Assembly (NCBI GenBank): GCA_004431415.1
Contig: QPMI01000707.1
Span: 1-6,648 of the forward strand
From: Cyanophora paradoxa CCMP329
Lineage: Eukaryota; Plantae; Glaucophyta
Direction: 5' to 3'
Length of the DNA: 6,648 nt
Under the pieces are notes generated by a model. It was given only the letters and a program-made list of their open reading frames with translations, was not told where the DNA came from and searched no databases. Each line of letters opens with the position of its first letter. The stretch's first letter is position 1. Shown one piece after another: positions 1 to 6,342 of this stretch. The position numbers and the translations under genes are program-made.

Positions 1-95
1 TTAAAATTAACTGAAAATACTTAAAAATAAATTTTTTAAATACTATTTGAGTATATATATATTTTTCTTTCAAATTAATTTAGAGTATTCTATTT

Positions 96-476
96 ATGTC
101 TTCCAAAACTGATGAAATTTTAGAACAATTAAAAGTTTAACTTTATTGAAGCAGCTGACTTAGTTAAAGTATTGAAAGCATTTGTTGATGCATCCGCACC
201 TGTTGGTGGGTATGGTTATGATGGCTCCTGCGGCAGCGGTGGCGCTGATGCGCAGAAGAAAAATCTGCATTTGATTTAGTATTAGAAGAAGTACCTGCTG
301 ATAAAAAGATTGCAGTTTTAAAAGTAGTACGTAGTTTAACTAATCTTGGTTTAAAAGAAGCAAAAGATTTAGTGGAAGCTACCCCTAAAGTAGTTAAAGA
401 AGGGGCTTCTAAAGACGAAGTTGAAGCAGCTAAAAAAGAACTTGAAGCAGCTGGAGCAAAAGTAAGTATTAAATAA
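96..476 (+). CDS. rpl12: 50S ribosomal protein L7/L12 (frameshifted in this sequence)
   Basis: ATG at 96 reads [13 protein letters not shown]. After small frameshifts it continues LTLLEAADLVK, then an Ala/Gly-rich hinge, then [74 protein letters not shown] to TAA at 474-476. This is the canonical L12 C-terminal domain. Confidence 0.96.
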
Positions 477-478
477 TT

Positions 479-523
479 AAAAAACAGAATTAACATATTT
501 TTATTATGTTAATTCTGTTTTTT
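479..523. terminator. Bidirectional stem-loop terminator or 3'-end hairpin between convergent rpl12 and petD
   Basis: Perfect 19-bp inverted repeat AAAAAACAGAATTAACATA (479-497) / TATGTTAATTCTGTTTTTT (505-523) with a 7-nt loop. A/T tracts lie on both sides, between two convergent stop codons. Confidence 0.88.
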
Positions 524-530
524 TTTTAAT

Positions 531-1007
531 TTAGAATAAACCTAATGTTAAAGATTTATCAATAGGGAATGTAGCACCAATACCTAACCAGATAGCTACA
601 AATGTACCAAATAAAAATACTGCACTTGCAACTGGACGACGGAACGGATTTTGAAATTTATTTACATTCTCGATAAATGGAACGGCAATTAAACCTGCTG
701 GTACAGCTGCCATTAATACAACACCTAATAATTATTAGGAATTACACGTAAAATTTGGAATACTGGGAAAAGTACCATTCTGGTAAAATTTCTAATGGAG
801 TAGAAAATGGATCAGCTGGCTCTCCAATTAATGCGGGATCTAGAACTGCAAGACCACACAACAAGCAATAGAACCTAAAATTACAACCGGGAAATATATA
901 ATAAATCATTAGGCCATGCAGGCTCACCATAATAATATGACCCATACCCTTAGCTAATTTTGCGCGTAATTCAGGATCATTTAAATCAGGTTTTTTAGAA
1001 TAGACAT
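531..1007 (-). CDS. petD: Cytochrome b6f subunit IV (frameshifted)
   Basis: ATG at 1007 gives [41 protein letters not shown], then [19 protein letters not shown], then [20 protein letters not shown] to TAA at 533-531. The span is 477 nt versus 483 for the canonical 160-aa protein. Confidence 0.97.
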
Positions 1008-1050
1008 AAGAATTAATTATTCCTTTCAGTTTTAATTATGATTACAAATA

Positions 1051-1671
1051 TATAATGGTCCAGAATACCTTGTTTACGAATTAATAAGAAGTGTACTAGC
1101 ATAAATACTGCACTTAGTAATGGTAAAACAAAGTATGAAGACTATAAAAACGAGTTAAGGTAGATTGCCAACACTAACACTACACGTAATAATTCAACAA
1201 CATACTACCAATTACTGGATTGCTTCAGGTACACCTGTACAATTTTTACTGCCAGTAACCTACTTGGTCCCATGGTAAAGAATAGCCTGTTACACCAAAG
1301 GATACTGTAATACTGCTAAAATTACCCAAAACCCAAGTTAATTCACGTGGCTTTTTAAAACACCAGTTAAATATACTCGGAACACATGTAAATCATCATT
1401 AATACCATCATACTAGCAGACCAACGATGAGTGAACGAATTAACCATCAAAATTACATCGTCATAATATATTGACAGAAGCAAACGCTTCAGTTACAGTT
1501 GGGCGATAATAAAAGTATAGCAAACCGGTTGCTACTTGAACTAAGAAACAAGTTAAGGTAATCCCGCTAAGCAATAAAAATATTTACGTGAGTGGTACAT
1601 ATTTACTTGTAATATCATCTGCAATCGCTTGAATTTCTAAACGTTCTTGAAACAATCATATACTTACTCAT
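1051..1671 (-). CDS. petB: Cytochrome b6 (heavily frameshifted; stop codon appears to lack a base)
   Basis: ATG at 1671 reconstructs to [108 protein letters not shown]. The span is about 621 nt versus 648 canonical. No intron is present. Confidence 0.96.
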
Positions 1672-1800
1672 AAAAGACTATTTTCCATTAATTATTATTT
1701 TAAAGTTTAGTACCAAAGTATTATATCTTTTGAAGATTATATAAAAATTAATATATAATTTTTTAATTAAAAAATCCATTAAATTTTAATAATATTAATC

Positions 1801-1825
1801 TATTTCTAATAAATTATTAGAAATA
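1801..1825. repeat. Perfect inverted repeat in the petB/ycf29 divergent spacer
   Basis: TATTTCTAATAA-A-TTATTAGAAATA, with 12-bp arms and a 1-nt centre. Confidence 0.8.
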
Positions 1826-1870
1826 TAAATTATAATAACAAAAATATTAAAATTTTTATTTTAATTCCCC

Positions 1871-2476
1871 ATGATAAATATTTAATTCTAGATACTGATA
1901 TTGGTATTCGTATTCATTAAATTATATTTAACAGAGATTGGTTTTCACGTAGAAGAAAGTACTTGTGTAGACCAGCATGGGATATTTTAAAGCGTAAAAA
2001 ATTGATTTAATTATTGTGATATCATAATGCCGGTATGGTGGATTTACTTTTTCATCAATTGCGTTTAAATACTGATTATTGTACTTTACCAGTATTTTAT
2101 TACTACTAGGGATTAACACAAGATCGAATTATTGTTATAAAACCGGTTGTGATTCGTATATTTCAAAACCTTTAATATTGAAGATTAGTTGTAATTATTG
2201 AAGGAGTTTTAAATCGGCATACATTAATTCGTTTGAAATTAGAAAAGAACAGAAAATTCTTTTTATTAATAAAATCTAATAATTTAAAAATAAATTTACA
2301 CCTCGTGAACAAGTGTTTTAATCTAGTTGTTGAAGGTTATTGAATAAACAATTGCAGCTAATTTAAATATTAGTATTCGAATTGTAGAAAATATGTTAGT
2401 CGTTTATTTATTAAAACAAAAACTCGTAATAGAGCTGAATTAGTCAAATATGCATTAGAAATAATTAATTACATAA
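1871..2476 (+). CDS. ycf29: NarL/LuxR-family response regulator Ycf29 (receiver + LuxR HTH; frameshifted)
   Basis: ATG at 1871. Receiver motifs are ILDTD, IDLII.DIIMP, PVLFITTRGLTQDRI..YKTGCDSYISKPFNIEDL. The C-terminal LuxR HTH reads FTPREQ.V..LVVEGLLNKQIAANLNISIR.VEKYVSRLFIKTKTRNRAELVKYALE. The 3' end is approximate. Confidence 0.88.
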
Positions 2477-2506
2477 ATATTCTTTATCAACTAAAGAATT
2501 TATTTA
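2474..2506. terminator. Imperfect hairpin between convergent ycf29 and trnH
   Basis: ATTCTTTA (2479-2486) / TAAAGAAT (2492-2499) with a 5-nt loop, extendable by TAAATA/TATTTA with a bulge. Confidence 0.5.
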
Positions 2507-2535
2507 ATATATTAATTAAAAAAATTAATAAAAAA

Positions 2536-2607
2536 GGCGAACGACGGGAATTGAACCCGCGAGTGGTGAACACAATCCACTGCCTTAACCACTTGGCTAC
2601 GATCGCC
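2536..2607 (-). tRNA. trnH-GUG: tRNA-His (GUG), with genomically encoded G-1
   Basis: The reverse complement is GGCGATCGTAGCCAAGTGGTTAAGGCAGTGGATTGTG--TTCACCACTCGCGGGTTCAATTCCCGTCGTTCGCC. It shows a D arm, a GTG anticodon, a GGTTCAATTCC T arm and G-1:C73. The anticodon loop is about 2 nt short, probably from sequencing deletions. CCA is not encoded. Confidence 0.92.
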
Positions 2608-2616
2608 ATAAATACT

Positions 2617-2640
2617 TAGATAAAATTCAGATTTTATCTA
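2617..2640. repeat. Perfect hairpin in the trnH/rnpB divergent spacer
   Basis: TAGATAAAAT-TCAG-ATTTTATCTA, with a 10-bp stem and a 4-nt loop. Confidence 0.75.
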
Positions 2641-2730
2641 TGTTGATAGATATCTATATATATATAACAAATAAACATACAATTTCAATTAAATTTTTTA
2701 TAAAAATTACAAATATGTTAAATACTCTTT

Positions 2731-3074
2731 AAACGAATTTAATTAATGATTACAGATTTATTCAATCTGAGGAAAGTCCGGGCTCCTTAAGGTTAGAATT
2801 GCTGGTAATTCCAGTACGAGATATCGTGAGGATAGTGCCACAGAAAAACACGCTTAAAAATATTTTAAGTAAGGGTGCAAAGGCTTGGTTAAAGCAAACC
2901 AGTTAGATTTCAAAATCTATACTTAGTAAACCCCGTTCAGGAGCAAAGTTTAGCGGAAAGTAATAACCTTTTTTCTTTCCTTATATTTATTTTTACTGCT
3001 AGAAAAATTGAGTAATAATTTGAAGACAGATAATCATTTTATAAACAAAACCCGGCTTAAAATTAAGTTCGTTT
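2731..3074 (+). ncRNA. rnpB: RNase P RNA (bacterial type A, cyanobacterial/plastid)
   Basis: Universal P4 motifs GAGGAAAGTCCGGGC (2769-2783) and AACAAAACCCGGCTTA (3044-3059) are present. P1 is AAACGAATTTAATT / AATTAAGTTCGTTT and P2 is AATGATTA / TAATCATT. Conserved AGTGCCACAGAAA, AGGGTGCAA, AGTAAACCCC and GGAGCAA are also present. Confidence 0.96.
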
Positions 3075-3083
3075 TTTTCTTAA

Positions 3084-3154
3084 CGGCAAGGAGGATTCGA
3101 ACCCCGACACCATGGTTCGTAGCCATGTGCTCTAGTCCACTGAGCTACAAGCCC
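3084..3154 (-). tRNA. trnR-ACG: tRNA-Arg (ACG)
   Basis: The reverse complement is GGGCTTGTAGCTCAGTGGACTAGAGCACATGGCTACGAACCATGGTGTCGGGGTTCGAATCCTCCTTGCCG. The anticodon arm is CATGG-CTACGAA-CCATG. It is about 3 nt short in G/C runs, and CCA is not encoded. Confidence 0.95.
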
Positions 3155-3381
3155 TTAATTTTTCTATATAATTCAGTATATCAAACTTAAAGAACGAAAA
3201 TCAATCTTTCTTTTTTATTTTAGATTTTTAAAATTTAAATTTTAAAATTTAAATTTATTACAACAATATCTTTTTTTTTAATAAACCTTGAAATTTTATT
3301 ATTTTTAATAGAATTTATTGAAGGTTTAAGACTAAGATAGATAAGGATAATAGCAAAAAATTTAAAACTAGTATAAAAAAA

Positions 3382-4365
3382 ATGATTTTGAATTGGCGAA
3401 AAGTTATAGTGAGTTTCTTGGTCATTATACTTACAAATTTTTATAATATTTCTTTTACTCACGCTGAATCTTATAAATGGGAACAAATTCCCTTAAATAC
3501 TGATGAAATCTTATTAGATATTGGTTTTGTACCAGATCAACCACAAAGAGGTTGGTTATTAGGAACTCGCAGTACTTTATTTGAAACAACGGATAAAGGA
3601 AAACTTGGGAATTAAGAAGTTTAAATTTAGAAGATGACAAATATCGACTAATTCAATAAGTTTTTCTGGAAAAGAAGGATGGGTTACAGGTAAGCCTGCA
3701 ATTTATTACATACAACAGATGGAGGTTCTTCTTGGAGTCGTATTCCATTAAGCAATCAATTACCGGAGATCCAGCGTTAATTACGGCTTTAGGAACAGGA
3801 AAGCAGAGCTTGCAACAGATATTGGAGCAATTTATCGAACAGAAAATTCTGGTCAAACCTGAAAGCTCAAATTCAAGAACCCTTAGGTAATTCGAACCGT
3901 GGCTCGTTCTGAAAACGGTTCTTATGTTGCTGTATCAGCTAAGGAAATTTTTATTCCACTTGGAAAGAAGGTGATGATAAGTGGATCTCCATCCACGCCA
4001 AAGTTCACGAAGAATTCAAAGTATGGTTTCACCAATAATAATCGCTTATGGATGTTGACACGTGGTGGTCAATTATGGTTTAGTTCAAATGACTCTTTTG
4101 ATGAACCAAATTGGGAAGGACCAAAACTCCAGAAGGAAAGTTGGATTTGGCTTAGGTTTATTAAATTTAGCTTTTAAGACTCCAACAGAAATTTGGGTGT
4201 CAGGTGGAAGTGTATTCTTTTAAGTAGTCAAGATACTGGAAATACTTGGAAAAAAGAACAAGTACAGACAATATTCCTTCAAATTTCTATAAAATTAGTT
4301 TTATAGATAAAGAAGTAGGTTTTGTACTAGGAATCAGGAACACTTTTACGATATGTATCATATAA
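3382..4365 (+). CDS. ycf48: Photosystem II assembly factor Ycf48/HCF136 (beta-propeller; frameshifted)
   Basis: A signal peptide is followed by [115 protein letters not shown] and GFVLG.QGTLLRYV. The gene lies directly upstream of psbEFLJ, as in cyanobacteria. The stop position is approximate. Confidence 0.93.
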
Positions 4366-4452
4366 TAGAATAATTAATATCTATAATTTGAATAAATCTT
4401 TTATTATACATAAAGCATCATATATAATATATATAATTTTAGAGTGATTTAT

Positions 4453-4676
4453 ATGTCTGGAGGAACTACTGGCGAACGCCCATTTTCTGACATTGTTACT
4501 AGTATTCGTTATTGGTTATTCATACTGTAACTATTCCATCTTTATTTGTTGCAGGTTGGCTTTTTGTAAGTACTGGTTTAGCTTATGATGTATTTGGTAC
4601 TCCAAGACCAGATGAATACTTCACTGAAGAACGTCAAGAAGTACCAATTATTAATCAACGTTTTTCAACTAATTAA
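4453..4676 (+). CDS. psbE: Cytochrome b559 alpha subunit (one frameshift near 4515)
   Basis: Restoring one G in TGG-GTT gives [74 protein letters not shown]. Confidence 0.97.
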
Positions 4677-4713
4677 TCGTTATTAATTTATAGTTTCTAA
4701 AGAGGAAAAGGAA

Positions 4714-4835
4714 ATGAATAATCTAATCAACCGGTTCTTATCCAATTTTACAGTTAGATGTTAGCAATTCATGCTATTGGAATTCCAGCTGTATTTTTAT
4801 TGATCTATTACTGCAATGCAATTATTCAACGATAG
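4714..4835 (+). CDS. psbF: Cytochrome b559 beta subunit (frameshifted)
   Basis: Reconstructs to [42 protein letters not shown]. A purine-rich RBS AGAGGAAAAGG lies upstream. Confidence 0.95.
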
Positions 4836-4844
4836 GAGATATAT

Positions 4845-4957
4845 ATGGTTAGCCAAAATCCTAATAGACAAAAGTTGAATTAAATCGTACTTCCCTATTC
4901 TGGGATTACTTTTAATTTTCGTATTAGCAATTTATTCTCTAGCTACATTTTAACTAA
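4845..4957 (+). CDS. psbL: Photosystem II protein L (frameshifted)
   Basis: Reconstructs to [38 protein letters not shown]. The RBS AGGAG overlaps the psbF stop codon. Confidence 0.95.
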
Positions 4958-4978
4958 ATTCTTCAATAAGGAGTCTTT

Positions 4979-5096
4979 ATGCAAATACTGGTGGACGCAT
5001 TCCTTTATGCTTGTTGCTACAGTTGCAGGTTAGCAGCTATTGGTGTACTAGGAATCTTTTTCTATGTGGTTACTCTGTTTAGGTTCCTCTATTTAA
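4979..5096 (+). CDS. psbJ: Photosystem II protein J (frameshifted)
   Basis: Reconstructs to [40 protein letters not shown]. The RBS AAGGAG is at 4968-4973. Confidence 0.95.
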
Positions 5097-5137
5097 TAAA
5101 ATCAATTTAAGATTTTTGTAATAAATTAATTAAAAAA

Positions 5138-5168
5138 AATAGAGAGTTAAATTTTTTAACTCTCTATT
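5138..5168. terminator. Bidirectional hairpin between convergent psbJ and psaI
   Basis: Perfect 14-bp inverted repeat AATAGAGAGTTAAA / TTTAACTCTCTATT with a TTT loop and an A tract on the left. Confidence 0.85.
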
Positions 5169-5196
5169 CTTTAGACATTTATAACTAATAAAGAAA

Positions 5197-5304
5197 TTAA
5201 GCAATTTCATCTGTTTCAATATAAACAAATAATAATGCCATAACAATTGCTGGTAAGACAATTCCTACCATAGGAACAAGAATAGAAGGTAAATTTGATA
5301 CCAT
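5197..5304 (-). CDS. psaI: Photosystem I subunit VIII (intact)
   Basis: Uninterrupted 35-aa [38 protein letters not shown], with the PsaI pattern LPSILVP.VG...PA..MA.LF.YIE. Confidence 0.95.
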   Translation of the reverse strand: MVSNLPSILVPMVGIVLPAIVMALLFVYIETDEIA

Positions 5305-5398
5305 AAAAATATATCCAAATAATATATTTCAATATTATCTTAAAATTTGCCGTTCCGAATAATTAATAAATAAATTTTTATTATATTTAAGAAATTGT

Positions 5399-5991
5399 CT
5401 AACCATTGGATGCCATTAAAAGAGAATCAATAAAACCATATTCTTTAGCTGCTTGTGCAGAAAAATAACGTGGGCGTTGTAAATCTTTTTCAATTACAGG
5501 TTTTGGTTGTCCAGTTCGTTCATGATAAAGATTTATTAAAATTTCCTTAGTATCCATTAATTCTTTGCTTCAATTGCTAAGTCAGTAGCTTGTCCGTTTA
5601 CTCCTCCATCAATTAAAGGTCTTGCATCATAATCCGAGAATTTGAAGCGCAAATCGTTGTCCTTTGGTTCCGGCTGCTAAAATTAAAGAACTCATTCCAC
5701 CAGCTAAACTAGACAATGGTTACAATATCAGCTTTTATTTGTAATATGGTATCATAAAGTCCAAAGCAAAGATTTGGAAAAGTTATGGAAGAATTTATAT
5801 AAAAGAAACTGGTTTTTGTGAATTTTCACTTTCTAAATATAATAACATCCCGATATAAATACTTTCGTCAGTAGCATCCTCATAATTACAAAGAAAAATT
5901 ACCCTTTCATTTAATAAAGCATTATTTATTAAAAATATGAGATAAAACGATCCTTGTCCATCGCTTTAACAAGTGGATACCCAATTGGCAT
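5399..5991 (-). CDS. clpP2: ClpP-family subunit lacking the catalytic triad (ClpR-like; frameshifted)
   Basis: ATG at 5991 gives [143 protein letters not shown], ending at TAG 5401-5399. Confidence 0.92.
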
Positions 5992-6202
5992 AATTAATCC
6001 TATTCTTAATGATATATATATATAAATATAGATATTTGTTGACTTAAATTCTCTACTATTATTTAGTATGATTATAACAATCCTTAAAATAAAAAAAAAT
6101 TAAAAATTTTAAATTAACTAAGAATTCTATAAATATTATTGTTTTAATATCTAAAATTAAGACTTTTGTTTTTTAGAAATAAATTATAAATTGATAAAAC
6201 GA

Positions 6203-6251
6203 TTTAGTTTTCCTATTGTTTCTTAATTTAAGAGACAAATAGAAAACTAAA
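6203..6251. repeat. Long imperfect inverted repeat between clpP2 and apcD
   Basis: TTTAGTTTTCCTATTGTTTCTTA / TAAGAGACAAATAGAAAACTAAA, a stem of about 23 bp with one G-T pair and small bulges. Confidence 0.8.
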
Positions 6252-6303
6252 ATACTTTAAAGTAGTAGTATATAGCCTTTTTTTTCTTTTTTCTCATTAT
6301 ATA

Positions 6304-6330
6304 TTATAAATTAAGATCTTTAATTTATAA
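6304..6330. repeat. Inverted repeat immediately upstream of apcD
   Basis: TTATAAATTAA-GATCT-TTAATTTATAA, with perfect 11-bp arms. Confidence 0.7.
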
Positions 6331-6342
6331 ATTATTTAAACA

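Noticed and set aside
164-496. 110-aa minus-strand ORF
   Set aside because: It is the antisense shadow of rpl12.
531-945. Two separate petD-like ORFs suggesting a split gene or intron
   Set aside because: They are fragments of one petD broken by single-base deletions, with no intervening sequence.
1928-2119. 63-aa minus-strand ORF
   Set aside because: It is antisense to the ycf29 receiver domain and has no recognisable motif.
3084-3154. Two mismatches in the trnR-ACG acceptor stem as possible editing sites
   Set aside because: Mismatches at these positions are typical of cyanobacterial and plastid tRNA-Arg(ACG).
3008-3190. 60-aa plus-strand ORF
   Set aside because: It overlaps the rnpB 3' end and the antisense strand of trnR, so it is spurious.
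3226-3253. Tandem 14-mer TTTTAAAATTTAAA x2, also self-complementary
   Set aside because: It is pure A/T low-complexity sequence with only two copies and no spacers, so it is neither CRISPR nor a mobile-element end.
3235-3856. Three minus-strand ORFs (3235-3486, 3455-3640, 3653-3856)
   Set aside because: They are antisense to ycf48 or run into AT-rich spacer, with I/K/F/N-biased translations typical of non-coding DNA.
5345-5362. Short GC-richer patch TTTGCCGTTCCGAAT between psaI and clpP2
   Set aside because: No clear structure or motif is present and it is too short to assign.
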